From contig NMRA01000350.1 of assembly GCA_002633005.1 (NCBI GenBank), forward strand, positions 255,642 to 319,641: a DNA stretch of 64,000 nucleotides, in the 5' to 3' direction. The translations under genes and the position numbers were made by a program. Below the pieces are notes generated by a model, which was not told the origin of the DNA, searched no databases, and saw nothing but the letters and a program-made list of their open reading frames with translations. This stretch comes from Phoronis australis (lineage: Eukaryota > Animalia > Phoronida). The stretch's first letter is position 1, and every line of letters starts with the position of its first letter. Below, in pieces: positions 13,224 to 28,900 of this stretch.

Positions 13224-16019
13224 CGAAATATTGCCATGCCTAGCAACCAAAGCACGTGATCACACTAGATAGTTTTGCTTAACAAGTTTTTTGGATGACC
13301 TCAGTGATGTTTGCCCTTGTTGAGAGGGCCAGCCTTCCTTGCTGAGTTACTTGACGTCATATTTACAACGAATCACGAGTGAGAAGTGATTGGACTCATC
13401 TAGTCTTTGTTAGGAAACTAGTCTTTCATGTTACAAACAATGATTATCTATCGGATTATCTTTCATTGCGTAATCACACAAGCCGGTGTTCTAGTTCCTA
13501 CACCTTAATTACATCACAACGAATCAAGCACTCTACTCAACTCTACTCTTAATTTCTCATGGCCGACTACTCGCTGATATCAGTTATGAGGACGGTCTCA
13601 CTAAACTTTGGTTAATACACCGCCATAGAAGATTGATTTCGGGTTGTTGCCATGGGTAACAACGTCTCATAGAAAGCAGCCTTGCGCTTAAAGTCTAGTA
13701 AAATTCTCCAAACCGTTTATTTGCCATACGCTTGAAGATAAAATATGCATGAATAATTTAACCGAATTATGCAGTGCATGTTTACCCAACATTGAAGGTT
13801 TGCATAGATAAATATGATAAAAAATCTCTCATGAACTCGTATGATTAAACAGCGGTGGCAAATTTACGTAGCGATGCTGTGTCGTCATGGAAAAGGTTGT
13901 GTAACACCATTGAAAAATGACCATATTTGGCTAACTACGAAACCTCATATCTCAATAATCGTTTCTCCGATATGAAACTCTCAGATATTATGCTTATGTG
14001 CACCGTTCTTCAAAATGTTAGTAAGGAGTGTATTAAAGATGTTCAACTTTTGCATGAGGTTTCAATCAAAAACAGCACTTCAATAATTTTCATAAAAAAT
14101 CTAAAATTGCACAAGACGAAAACAAAACGATATTATAAAAAATAATAAAAACGTTCTGAAACCTGACCTTGAATAATTATGTCAAATAATATTTGACCAC
14201 GTCATTGATACCGTTGTATTGCTATCAATGTACCTTCCTGTCTTCTTTGTTTTGTTTACAAAAGGCTTCAGTAGACACGTACACGTTATCTAACTCATTA
14301 CAAGTGGTGATAATCAAATTCTACTTTCACAACTGGTTTGAAATCTACAGGTATTGGTTAAAGGCTGACTTGGCAATAAGACTGCAGGTCCTGCATGCAC
14401 TCAAGCTTAATTGTTTTAAGTATTACTTTTCAAGAGATGAGCGAGTAAACGTTTCACCAGACCAGGTATAACCGAGATTACTGCAACTAAAAATCGAGTA
14501 AAAGAATTGCATGCAAAGGGTCAACTAGTGCGCGGCGTTCTTGAATACGAAAAAGAAGCAAACTTAAAGCCGTTTACAGATGTTTAGATAAACCGTCATT
14601 TGATGTCAAAGACCCAACTTTCACATGTGTACTTACGCACCAAAACAGAAATCGGTTACAAAAAATCCTCTGGAGTTCGCTTGATTTACATGTAGTCTAC
14701 TACGTTGGCGTCTAAAACTAACACGCCGTGACAGGCAGTAATGGGCCTAGACTGAATTAGCGACTAGGATAGACATTTTTCCTAACGTTAGTAAGGAATA
14801 AGAAGAGACTAATTTTATAACAGTAAGTGTCTTCAGTCAAAACATGTTTGTGGCAGAAGGCGCGAGTTAGTTGCCTCTTTAAATGTATTCTAAAATAGCT
14901 CTTTTTGTTTCTATGCACTTCCGAAGATTTTATACATTTTCCTTGAGTAAATTGAATATTTCACAATCCTATGTGGGCCGACAACAAGCATGTTCTAAAT
15001 CTATACTAGTATGTCTTGTTGATTTATCCCGGATTTGAACTTGTTTGAAAGTTTCTGGCTCAACGATCATGAACCACTGAGAAATCAAACTGTGCTATAC
15101 CAAGTACATGTAATTACGAAAGTTATACAAGTACGGCGTTCACACGACGTTCAATCAAAAAGCATGCATAGAAGCGAACGCCTGAACTGACGTTTGAAGA
15201 AATTCGTACGCACGTTAGTCTGGTCTGCCTTCTTAACATTCGTTCCGCTATCAGAACGTGATAGGACACCATTTTCTAAAAAACGACTATCTGCCCTTTG
15301 ACCAGGTTCCCCATCAAATCTGAATGTGGTATTTACCAGAGCGCTGGGTTTATGGACGTCGACGGCATTAGTGCGGTATATCGTCAATGGGATTGCGTAA
15401 AGATATTTCAGTTTCCCCAAGGGAAATTAGCAAAAAGTTTCTTAAGTGAACTAGTGCCAAGTCGAGACTATTTTGGTCCGCGTAGTCATTAAGTTTCTTT
15501 ATATTAGATTAGGTAATGGAGTAGGTATTTAAATGGACATTATTATCGTTAGGTCGAAAAACATATTTTTGGGAGTCGATTGTTGGCCGGAGCTATAACA
15601 AACCAAAAATGAGGTATGTTTTTGTGATCTTATTACAAATCACCAATTCTCGCCGTTACCTGCTAGACATTTGCCAAAATTAAAGCCGATGACTTCAAGT
15701 TTACCATAAACACGCTGAAAATATTTGAGTGCGATTTCTTTAAGTAAGTAGAGTGCATGAATGTGGCCGTGCAAGTTCTGGGTTTGATTCCGCGCAGAGA
15801 TTGATCACAGAAATTTTCCTTACTAGTAATGCCACTTAAATGTGTTGTCGTAAAATATGACAGGACTGTAGTGCTTAGTGATTGGGTTGCGGACTCAGAT
15901 TTGTGAGGCCTGTGTCCGAATCTGGGCTCGCTGGAGCCCTTTGCTTAGTCATGAATGTTCAACGAATATGCGCCAAGAGCTTTCCTCCTGTAAAAACAGT
16001 ACTGGGTACAGTACGGACC

Positions 16020-16214
16020 GGTGGCGCCGCACACGGAAAACACTTTCTGTCTGGTAGCGGCATCTATTGATTGAGGCGCGATTGACAAGCGTAGTCACTA
16101 TACAGCGCCACTCACTCTGAGCATAGAATTCCAGCCCAGGGCTGGAGCTCTATGCACTAAGGAAGAAGGCAGAGACAACACACAGGCCTTCGAAAACTTC
16201 TGCCGATTTTTAAG
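16020..16214 (+). promoter_or_regulatory. Putative internal promoter and non-coding exon
   Basis: GC/CpG-richer patch followed by donor AAG|gtaaac at 16214/16215 and then AT-rich intron-like sequence. No phase-1 coding frame. Confidence 0.3.
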
Positions 16215-19200
16215 GTAAACGCTTGGATGTTTTACTTTACCAATTAAATATGTTAATGGTTTTTGATTTTAATCATTGAGTTCATTATAAGCGTGTTTAA
16301 CATTTTAATTCCGTCGTAAGCTTTTTGCGTCACATAAAACCGTTCGCACAAGTTGAAAATTGCACACTTTCAGACACAAAACGTTACTTGTGTATTGATT
16401 TGATACTACAGATGCAAGTCTATATCAATATTTACAATATTATGAATTTAAACTTGAAAATTTGAATATTATCGCAAATTACTAGTCTGCATGCGCATTC
16501 ACGAAATGTCACAGATTTGACAATCCCAAGTTGTTTGGCTTCTCTAGTCAAATATATCAGCCAAACCGATAACAGCAACAGCCCCAACTAATACATGTAG
16601 TTGGTTCCCAGGGTTGATACCCGACGTCAACGACGTCTTGTGAAGTCTAGAGTGTCTGTAAGGCTAAGGCCAGTGGCCGGGTATGTCCAACCCAGAATAT
16701 ATATGTATGCGCGCATCCCAAACCCGAGATTTATGGGAAGTTGCCTCTTGAAATTGGAACTGTAATGAGCTGCGATAGTCGTATCTCTGCTTTTGGCATC
16801 TTAGGCGTGATTACCCATCATAACCAATAAAGCTAACTAGACATCACACACCTGTAACTGCAACATTGCTAGACTGACTGAGATATAAGTTTCATTAACT
16901 TCTCATCTGAATTGATCGTCCCAATTTCATTTTCCAAATACACTGCATACGTGCTCCCTGTAAAAAAGACCAATGATTGTACATGATATTGGTGGCTGTA
17001 GACTTAAACACAGTTTTACAGCATAATTCGAATCCCGGAGTGAAATTCGATTACATGTAACTAAAACATCAAACGCCAAAGTTTGTATTTACCATACATT
17101 TCGTTGATTTGACTTTTTACTGAAGTCTCTACGTCTGTTCAAAATTCTGCATTATGATTGCTTGTTGTTTCATACCATGGGACGACAATCCAATTATTAC
17201 ACAGGATATATTTCCCTGTCCCGAAATTTGCTAGTGAGTGCTCAATTGCACTTTCGGTTTTTAAATGTGCGAGTTATTTGAGACGACTTCAACTACGTGG
17301 TAAATCTTGATTGACCTTTTTTGGCCTGTCAATTTCCTATGCTTTTGGTAATTTAAAACATAAACTTTCTTTAACGCTTTGGTAGGTTTGTCTGAAAATC
17401 ACACTGTGCCTGAGGACAAACGTGTCTCAGAATCTTTGTTCACCATTGTCTACCGTACGCGCATAGTCTAACTGTTCCCCCAATGCATTCAACAAAATCT
17501 ACAAATTTGAAGGTGCTTTCTTGAAAACATCGTTGGAGCAAGGACGTACGACAATGTTCACCAGCCACCGACTAGAATCTAATGCCATGCAATAGGTGGC
17601 GCTCAATGCTTCATTGGAGATGCTCTGTGTCACAACGCCCTAGGTCCAGATAATGACACAAAGGCATAAATCCGTGTGAGGACATCAATCGGTGAGCTGC
17701 CTTGGTTTGAATGAAAAAAAGGATTCTGAATCGTTTTACATACGTGTGGCGTTTTATTTGACTCCCTTCGACGCGTATGGAATCATGATTCAAATTAGAC
17801 CGTTCTTGTCGATGACGGACACATTTCATTAATTTTTCGTTCGCCATTCCGCTCCTTTCTATTTTATTTACAAACAAAATCGACGCTGCTGAGTTTTGCC
17901 TGCTGCTTCGTAATAGCGAATTTCAATGAATTACGAGGGTCTGCGTTGAAGTTGACAGTTTAAGTTAGCCTTTAGCTGAACCAAGAGCAATATGTATAAT
18001 GTACAAGCCACATGGGCGTTTCGGCATTCCTCAATAGATGGAGCAGTATACTTGCCGGTACCCGGAATGTATTTCTTTGCCTCGCATCCGTTCTCCATGA
18101 GCATTAGGGTATGGTAAACACACCTGAAATCTCGTCAACTGGTGCATTTAAACTATTTGAACACGTGCCCAATTTCCAACCTTTTGCTGTAAACCGAGTG
18201 TGTCCCTTTAAATACGCATCCAAATCATACAGGCTGCGTTCAGTAACGTTAGGACTTAGGTGTGCTTTGTCAAAAATTACTAAATGGCCTAGTTGTGATG
18301 TACTCTAGATTCTAATGTTCAAAGAGTGTGGGTTCGAGACTAGGCGTATCTCACCAGCAACCAATCAGAATTTCTGAATTTAACTTCCATCTGTTATTTA
18401 ATGAGAAGCCATGTTACAAGTACATGATTCTCTTTGTTACCCGTCGTCGAGAACACCTCGGGAACGAAAATACCCGAGGTGTTCCGGATTACTCTAGCAA
18501 CACCAAAAGCAACGACAGGTTGGGGTGTACATTGGATATTGCTGTGTTCTGCCCTCAAAATTACGAATTTAAGATTTTGACTGTACATAAATATATCTTC
18601 ACAAAATTGGTAGAGGATCGTTTCTAGTCTCAACAACCTAGCTGGTTCTTGAAGACATCTGTAAGGACATTTACTGTCTATGTTTCAATGTCAGATAACT
18701 AAATTAGACAGTGAGTAATTGTATAAATGATTGCACATCAATTTAATTACTCGTGTAATTAGTCTGGCTAATCGGTCTCCGCCAGGATATAAATTAGCTC
18801 TGACTTATGGGCATAACGTATTGAATGGAAGGCCAGCAGCGCGACTTGCCCCAGGTGGGCGGTTAATGTCAAAACTTGCAGCGTTTGAAGCTCATGCATA
18901 TTGTTGGCCATTGAGGTGAAGGAGCGCTTGCAAACTAGGATAGGCAGTTACTGACATGAAACCATTTTGACGCTGGTGAAAATGACTTATCGCCGATAAT
19001 TTACGAGCATAATTTGCCAGGTATTTCCTCCTACCGGCACCTGCACATTAATTTGCATATCAACAATAATGCGTTACGAGGTCTCTGTGGATTTCGCTGC
19101 AACCTGTTTATAGCTCGCAAAAAACGCATTGCACATGAGATTTAATTGCCGCTGAGTCCAATTTTGGAAATATGATCACGGCACTGTTCATAATTTGGGT

Positions 19201-22200
19201 TAAACTGTCAAGATTATATTTCCTGGGTAGGTGTTATTTCAATCAACTAATATCTTAATCATTTACGGTCTTATTTAGTCATTACACAGAACGATTTACT
19301 TCAGTTTTCTTGAACGGTTAAAGTGAAACTGTAAGAACTAAGAGACGAATCACCACTTTAAATGTATTGTTTGTTTCTTACTGTAAAGAATTTATGTTCA
19401 CAAGAATTACGTTACAGGATACAGCCAAAGAAATATGAATAATGAAACATAATAAATCATCCACGTAGATGTTTGCATTTGCTCTTAATTGCCTTACTGA
19501 AATAGATGCAATATACCTCATACGCCAGCGTTTACGGTTTGCGGTGGGTGAAATATTCGTCATCCAGGGCAGCTGTTGCCGGCTGGAGATTTCAGTGTCC
19601 TGAGTGTACGTTGTCTTATTTCAGTGGTTGGTTTTATTCTGCTTGGGATGACCGGCATCCCACGATCCATTGTATTGTGACGCATCCATTGATCATACAG
19701 GAGTCCCAGGTACTAAGAGAATCTTGCCAAATCGCGATATCTCACGGAATCTTGCGAGACGTTGCTTTTCTATGGAGGTATTAGCGCTAGGAAGGACAGA
19801 ACAGTCCTCACTGGTGTTTGCCTTTCTTCACTCTGTCAAAGAGTATATGCAAGGAATGAAGGGTTTGAGTCATTTCACATCACAAGCCCTATAGGTGAGC
19901 AAAGAAACTTTATTCTCACTTGTATTTGTATCCCTTTCACTCCTACTGAAAAGCGAAGTACACTAAGAAAAAAGGAGCAAGAAACACAAACTCGACATTT
20001 TCATCCCAAACCCCAAACATTAGATTCTGAAAGGACATTTCCTACCAATTCCAAAACTGTGGTAAACAAGTACCGTCAACCGAATATTTTTTTGTAAATT
20101 TGGCTTGTTTGAGGGCTACCTGAAATCGCAGCCACTTTCTCAGTAGCTATACCCAGCAATTCACAGGGGCCGCCATCTTGAAAAAGAATGCAGCTACAGC
20201 CGAGCAAGTGATATTTTTTCATTCCCAAATTGTTCACAGCCCACATTCACTGAGCCTACACGAATTGCTTACCTATAAATGCCCCCAAGAGTAGCCCACC
20301 CCTAGATTTTAAGATTTTGGTACTGCAAATTGGCCGCGGCTGCAGCCCAGCTGTGCAGTAGGCCTACCACCTTATTGAACTCTACCTAGAAGTTTTTCCA
20401 CCATTTTGAATATCTAATTAGATTGGGTAATGCCAATACACATACGTTTCCCATGGAAGTTAAGTGATGAGGGAGAAATATTTGTTGAAACCAATACTGT
20501 TTTTGAAGAAATTGACCAGACTGTCAAAAAGTAGCATTATGGCATTCCCATAATATTGAGGATTGTCACAAACTTTAGCGTACTTATTTTGACAACAACG
20601 TGCACTGATTTTAAGGGTGAGAATTTTGGCGCTGTGGTTTGAGCTCCGGACTCCCCATAGGAGACCCAAGTTCGAATCTTGGCTTTTTTGAGCGGAGACA
20701 ATCGAGCTCTGTTCAAAGGTGCCTCCTGCTCCTCTGAGCTCGGTCTTACTACAGTGAATATACATGCATGCAAGGGAAAGAATGAGAACCTGTGCTCAAA
20801 TTTTAAAATTTTTAGGGCACATTCAATTTGTCGATGATACTCAGTAATATTCAGGAAATTGCAGGGGCCCCGATTTCACAAAGTCCACGTCGGGGTTAGT
20901 ATTCATACTGCTAGTAAGCCCTAAATACAAAGAAAAAAAACAAGCCTATAAATAATTTCAGTTAATACTGTGGGGAATTGTTGCTATCCTCGGTCACGCC
21001 GCCACCCGGGACCAGCGAAGCCGTGATACCTGGGATAAAAGCAAAGCCTGAATCTTTCTATGTACAAAGAATCCTAGTGTTCACGCACCAACCGCAGCAA
21101 TGTATTCCGAAGTGTTGTTTCCTCCAGTTACTCGCTGTTTTAAACTAAATCTGTATTTCATTGTTGGACCCTTTACAGAGCAGCGTAAAATTGGCTTATT
21201 TACTCTATACCTAGTTCTGCTGATACGCATGCACTACACAGGGCAAACTCAAAACCGCGGACTCGTATGGAGGCTGTGAAAACATTAACAATGAAATGCC
21301 AGTAGATCCGTCTCAAGATAACTTTACTGCTACGGAATACATAGAGAGTCCCGGGAATCTGGGAAAAAACCTTTTTAGCGGAAATGCTGAGTTATAGATG
21401 GATATTTTGCGAGAGCGTAACTTGAATTATATAAAGCGAGTAATTATAGCTCGTTTGAATCAAACATTTATCGGAGACTGGTACGTTTTCACGCGAAGGC
21501 GTTCTTTCATTTCTTCATTGTGTGAATTATTGAGAAGAATTGCCGCGGTAGTCTCAAAGGGAAGAATTTGTTTCAATAATCTATGATCGGTATTTATCAC
21601 ACGCGTCTCGTTGTACCACCGTTGGTGTCGGCTCTTATATGGGGTTGTCGCTTTTTAAACGCACTCTGCTAACAGAATGGGAGGTGAAGAAGCAAACCTG
21701 CACTAACCGCTTCACAGTGGTCACTTGCGTGAGGCAACCTTTCCATAGATGAGCCACCCAGTGAACAGGTGTATCACAGATCCCAGACGGGGGGGAGGGG
21801 GCGTAAGATAGAAGTAACGTTTTAGTTCCCCGTGGATGGGTGGGCGGAGGTTACCGACCGCTGCTAATAGCTTTCGGTACGACGATAAGACTGAAAACTG
21901 AAGACTGCCTCGACAGTACGTTCAAAAGTCTACTCAAACAAAACGTCCTACGTAACGGGTATAAAAAAATCGACAGCGCGCCTTAGCGTTAATAAAATCA
22001 AAATACGAATTGCTGACGAAATGTGGCGAATAAATTTTGACAGAAATTATTTTGCCGGACTCGGGCCCGCAGTCGATCGGACAGAACAACGAACATGCAA
22101 CATCAAATTATTGAATAAAATCGCTATACAGTTAGAATATCTTGACAGTTAAAATGCGAAAATATGGAAAATATGGAACACTTGCCATTGTGCCAAATGG

Positions 22201-25200
22201 TTTAATATAAATATTAATGAATTAAAGTAAAACGAATAATTCCCATTTAGTCAGAAATATTCGTAGGGTATACGCTGCTAGCCGGCAGAGCCGGACTGCC
22301 TGGCCTGCCGTGCGCGGTATCTGTGCTCCGCGGGGCAAGATGAAAACATTAATTAGCTACCCCGCCCTGAATGAGTGAAATTCCTGTGACAAACAGATTA
22401 AAAAATACTGCGTCATGCTCCTAACATTGCAATATTTTACCATCGCCGACATTCAGCTCATTAACTAAAATTTACTACAAACCCCCGCCCCGGTTTGCGG
22501 CGCGTAATTTTTATATTTAGACAACATAGGTACATGTATATATTGTAAGTACTGCATGGTTCCTTAGAATTTCTTCAAACCATATTTAATAAAACCTTTG
22601 CTTCTAGGACTTTAATGAACATCGAAGTAAACGGTTGGTGACGCTGTCGTAGTCATCGAAGTTATCGCATGCTAAGAGTTTTTCAATGTGACAATTTGGG
22701 AACATTTACATGTGCTAAATGACATTAAACTTATTTTTAAATCGATTGGTTGTTATTAGAGCAAAATATAAGCACCTATTAGTGACGACACTACCCTGTA
22801 ACTGATGACGATAACAGTGGCACCTGGCGATAACTTCGATTGGACCGAAGTTGGCCGTTCATACTGCACCGTCGTCGACGCTGCGTTATTAAATCCACCT
22901 GTTAACTGCGGTGTTAAGTGGAGCTGTTAATTGCGATCCACTACCGGAATTAAGCGTTCATACTGACCGCAACTCCCCAAACCATCGACGCGTCGACGTT
23001 AGTATAAAAGGCCCTTATATGTCTTGAAACGTTAGCAGCGTCGCAAGCTGGTCGCATAGAGATCACTAGATTGGTTCATCCTTTGTTCACTTGTTATAAT
23101 AAAGATAATGAAAAGCATTTATCGCTAATTGTCTGATGTCCACCCAAGCTACGATATCCATGCGACCCAACAAATTAAAACAATGGTAGTGTCCCACATC
23201 TGATAAACATACGACGCGCTTGCGCCCGTCGCATGGATGTCGCAAGTTAAACAATCCGGCGGTATTTGCCATGGGACAGTCTATGCAGTCAGTATACCCG
23301 TGGGGAGTCCGGCTACAAAGCAAGGGCGCTTTCACTCACACCAATCTCTTCTGTGAACAAATGTGCACTTTTTTCTCAACACCTGCACGAAAATTTTGCT
23401 TTTGCCATAAACATAAACCTCATTTCGTTTATTGTTAACAACTGTTCGTACTGACAAGAAAAATGTTCAACTGGAATTAGATGTGGTTCGTGAACAAAGA
23501 AGTTTGTTCGCTAAAATTCATTGAAGTGTGTCAGAGATGAAGTTCAGTACGAGAAAAAATGTTCACGAGAAACAACGCTGTTGACGAAAACACCGGTGGA
23601 TTCCGTGAGGAAGGCCCTACAGCATTACCCAGTGAAGCAAAGGCGAATTCGAGAACTTTGGCGAGTCCGTAGTGAACATAAAGTTGACGTGTTTTGCTTG
23701 AAATGCGTGACGAACGAACCCCAGATTTTATCAATTCCTTTAAATCACGCTACCAATTCCATGGAATTGTGCGGTTATCTTTTAATTAACTCGCACGTCA
23801 TTTTTATTAACGTAGTTTATGAAACGAAAAAACAAATGGTGCTAATATGTAACCACAGAAGACCGCCGGACAGCAATTTCAATTAAGCACTAAACCAAAA
23901 ATCGATAGCTCCCAAGATGCTAACGTTTTTCAAACTGATAACACTTGATGAGAATTTCTACATGAAGACCTTAATACACAGGTCTCAAGAGCTTCCTTGA
24001 ACTCTGGTTCGAGAAAACGTACGGTTAGCGAACGCCTAAAACAGTGATTAACCTACATGTAAGTCGTTTGCCTGCGTGTATTTCAAACACCAATCAATTT
24101 AAAGAACATCCGTACAGTTCATTTGTAGAACTTCTTTGCCTTCCAAGATTCTACGAGTGCCGGCCATGCCNAAGAGTGGCGTCAGTCCCGTAACCGACGT
24201 TGTTGGTAGGACTACTGTGGGAACATCTCATTAAAATTGGCGGTTTGAATATTTGAATGAAGAAAATACAAAACTGAAGTGATTCAATTAAACCCCGTTA
24301 ATTAGGAGTTGAACGGTACATGTCAGCCAAGTATTATTGACTTATTGGCCAAATAGGTGATATGTAGGCCCTGGAAAGGCAAACAGAAAACTGGTGGTGA
24401 TCGTTTCCAGGCAAGTCACGCAAACCGTCCGATTTTGCCTCGAGAAGTAAGACCGTGGGTCCACACTTGGAGAATTTTACTAAAACACTGTATACAGTAA
24501 GTCTGAGGACGGAAATGTGAATTTGGGAAACTCCCGGTGTGACTTGAGGCAGTAAATTTACGTAACGTCAGCCAGCCATTGATAGCGTGCCACTCCAAAG
24601 CATTGATTATTGACGCTAGCAACCTCACATGGCTTTGTTGTGTTTACTTTTTAATAACTTATGAGCACCTGACTAACTACAGCTTGTTTTGTTTTGCCAA
24701 TGCAAACCGCAAGACAAAGCAAATGTTTTCCCGAATGTATAATGCTCCCCGTCTGTCTACAACTCGTCCTGTTCCTTAAATTAGCGCCCCACGGCGCATA
24801 GCTTAGAAAATAAATGTCCCCTTGTACATAAACACGGATAGCACGTAGCAAAGAGTCTCACATTTTCCTACCAACAAGCGTCTCGATGTAATACTTAGCT
24901 AAATGTATTGACACTGAATGAGTATATCACTCCGTTCTGCCTATCGGGATTTAACTCAGTGAATAAAATTATATGAAACTTGTATTTCCAGTAGCCATCA
25001 TCACCACATTTAATCTGACATGAACAGCACTGTTTATGTTACATTTAAAGTGACATTATAGGCGATAAAGGTGGTTTGTTTTAGATCAGCCTCAGCGAGG
25101 TATGGAATTTGCTCCTTCCCGGTCACAATCTGATGTTCTGTTGGCGGGGCTACACCCAAGTCGATAAATGTAAGATTACGTTGGGAGTATTTGAGTGGTA

Positions 25201-25874
25201 AAATCACGGACCATCATTTTTGCAATGTCCGGCAGATAACATCCAGTTAGTAAAATCACAGAAACAAACGGCTCTAGTCAAAACCAATAACTTTAAGAAT
25301 TCTCTCCCGTCCACCAATAACCTCATTAATGTATTTTGGGTGTGAAACCGATAACGTTCCTTTAGCGTACGTCACATTTTAGAAGTGAATAGTTTTAAGT
25401 CACCATTCAGCTGCTGGGATTTTTTTGTCTAGCAGATTCAAAATCTCACAAACACACTCCAGTGCAAGCGGAAACCCACTGATATTAACATATTCGTCTG
25501 CATTTTAGGTAGATCTAATACTATTGGTCGATTTTTATTTTTACCATATATTTTTAACAATATCACGCTTGGCCACTGGTTCATTGAATAGCTTTAGTTA
25601 CTCAGCCCTGTTTGCGCATAGCCCGTGACCGCTTCCAAAGACAACGGCTTGCCGAGTTTAATCGATATCACCTTTAACTGATTCAATAAACGTTATTGGA
25701 CGGAGGCACGTGATCTATTGAGAACTCGCCACGAATTATGCCCGCTAAAGAACGAAGGTTTACGCTGTAATAGGAAATGCTACGATTGACCCTCCTCACT
25801 TAGCTGAAGATTTCCTTAGGACACTATGTGAGCATCTTTCAAAACTCAAGAGTTCACTGAGCCCAAGGTTTACC

Positions 25875-25941
25875 ATGCAGACATCCACTATTGTGTGTCT
25901 CTCGCTTTCGTTAGCCTCGTGGACTCCTTCGACTTGTTCAG
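25875..25941 (+). CDS. nAChR alternative signal-peptide exon 1b (MQTSTIVCLSLSLASWTPSTCS-G)
   Basis: accATG Kozak context, uncharged and hydrophobic peptide, strong donor CAG|gtaagg in phase 1, candidate acceptor cctcctcacttag at 25803. In frame with 44042. Confidence 0.6.
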
Positions 25942-28900
25942 GTAAGGTGCGCGTTTTTTTAGCTATGTAAACTTCTATTTTAGTCTCACGGGAATTACTT
26001 CATTCACTGGCACATAATTACATTACCACAATGGGGTGTTGGTGACGTGAAATGTTTCTACTTGTATATTAGACGAACACGTGTCGAGTTATACTTAATC
26101 GAGAAAATTGATTATTCTTCAGTAATTATCATCAACATTACCCAAAGTGACTAGAGGCTCCCAGTATTTTATTCAAAGACCTATTGCTGCTTCTGTATCT
26201 ACGCGAATTAGAATATTTGTGCATTTCGTCACGAAATTATCGATATTTAACGCGTGCATTATGAATTAGTTTTTCATTTGATATGGAAATATTCATGCAT
26301 GCGATTTTGGTTTGTCATCAACCCCTGTCCGAAAACCTGAAGTAGGTAGACACTTTTGGCTAGCATGCACACAAACGTTTTGTCTTGTGCTTATAACGGC
26401 TTTACTTATTTCATATGTGGAATGAGCGTTTGGCAAGAGGTTTAAAAGACATGCTCTTAAAAGTCACTGGCTAAATCTCATTTTAGAAGTCAGCATACTT
26501 AGCTATACAAACCATGACATAGGTGAATACATGCCGGGATAGAAAACAAATTTCACTCTCAAAAGGCCATCTTGGGCAGGACAAGGCTAAGCATGCGCAT
26601 CACCACCTGAAAGGAAAGACAGACCTTCCGACTATCGTTCCTTTCATTTCAGTTTCAGGTACAAGTACAGGTGACCTCGATTCTTGTTAGTGATTGAAAC
26701 CAATTGCTATGACTGGAGGGAATTTTTATTTTAGTTTTGTGTGACGTGTTAGCTCATTTGATGATGTTTTCTTCAAACATTAACTGGACAGGAAATGTTA
26801 CCTTAGCATTTGGCAGAAATTGAAATGAATTTTAATAACAGAAATGCTTTCATTTTACCAAATTCCCTGGTAACTGCGTGGCAAATACACCCCTGTCTCT
26901 AGCTCATATGGTTGAATTTCCGTCCTCATTTCTGGGTCAAGAATTGGAAGGCATAGACAAGGAGCTGTCGCTATGCGACGTACTTGAGGAGATGATGGAC
27001 TTTTAGGTAGCTGAAAGTACATGTATTATAATAAAAACATGGTGCAAAACGTCTTCAAGCAGGCACTAGGTCATGTGCAAACCCTCTCCTTGTAGTGTAG
27101 ATGCACACGCACACCTCGCATCACCCACTCATCTCGCTCTTTCATTTCATTACATTGACAAAACACAAAAACAAATTTTCTGAGATAGATGTTTATTTTT
27201 TAACATTTGTGCTGTACCCCAAGTAACCAATCACCAATTTTTGTGACGCCATAGTTGGGCAATTACGGTTACGTTAGACATACCATTGATAATGCATTTA
27301 GTTGAACCAAAGTATTATGAATAACGAACCAATCATACTCGCGAAACATTCGTTTTTCACTCTCATCACTCTCATGAGTGTTCGTGGTCTTGCATGAGTT
27401 TTGCTTTTCCACGAGCTTCTTGCGCCTGCACGGCTCGGCGACCAATCACTTCAAGTGAAAACATTTTTCTGGTCTACATGTACACGTCAACCAGTAGGTT
27501 CCATCCACTCTTTGTGTTTGATGATCTCACGACACAAAGATTTTGCTCTACGTTGCGGAGTAAAGTTATTATGTTTTCACAAGACTGTATACTGCTGAAG
27601 AGAATATAGAAAAGTGCGCGATGTAGTGGTGGAGCAACCACGATAACTAGATACTCAACTCGATCTGAGGTGTGACGGTTACGTGGCTAACTCGTTCTGT
27701 TTGAAAACCCTCTGGAAACCTGAAGAAGCTTGTTTCAATAGAAGTTGCCATAGTGACAATTAGTCCTCTGACCTAAGTGGAGTCCACGATTTTAATGGTG
27801 TTACCACGAATTTCCACAAACGGCTTGAAAAAATACGTGCTCCAAACAAGTGGTAAATTTAACATATCTTTTTGTAAAATTCAATACTTAGCGGAGGTGT
27901 ACAAATTGACGTAAAGAATGTCCCAGCTTCTGCCACTGCAAATCAAAGAATACACACAGAACACAATTGTCCGGCTTACGTCACGCCGCGTACAGTTGTG
28001 AAAAATCTATTACTTTCACTTGCGTCAATATTTGTGTAGTATATAATCCAATTAATAAATATGAACTCGGTGCCTACTACACATTGCTTTTCCCAAGCCC
28101 ACAGTCACGCTACGCATTTGCCAATCTCTGTGTCTTCACATACTCGATTGGTATCAAGACATCGAAAACTCCATGCTGGGGAAAATTAGTGGTTTTACAT
28201 TACTTCGGATCGTCTAAGGCTGTTCTAGCCGATACTGAGGGTTCAATTACCGAATATGGCCCCGCCGTCATTGAAATGCATTATGGGATGTTACAATTTG
28301 ATATAAAGCTGAACACTTTTTAAGAATTTAAGTGAACAACTCCTACTATATCTAGTCAGAACATTACAAAAACAATTACATAAAATAGCAAGCATCGAAT
28401 GGATACTTAAATTTTTAGCAAATGTTTTGAGTAATGGAGACACTCCTCATCTCATCACGCTGAAGTCAAATCTTACCGCCTACTACGCCAGGTTGCAGCA
28501 GTGACAATAAGAGATTATCAAAACTACGACCCCATCTGGGTTGTCGGAAACTGCCGCTTAGAAGTATACTGGAATGTAACTACCAAGACAAGTGAAACGA
28601 TGACGTTCAGTTATGTGGCAACGGGTAGAATAAAACTAGTAGACACCCAAAACATTTTGATTACAGCCTTATACATTGGAAGGAAACGGTTGATTAATTA
28701 CTGCCTGAGTAAAAATTAAATGATACATTCACACTGTAACAACAATGATGCTTGTACTAGTGTATGGGGTTCGAATAATAAAATAACTTGAGCACTTGTA
28801 CAATACGTTCAACAGAAGTGCCGCGGTATACCTCTGTGTATATTGAAAAACCCACCCAACTACGGGCACATAAGGAGTCTAAGCAAAAAACGACTATTAG

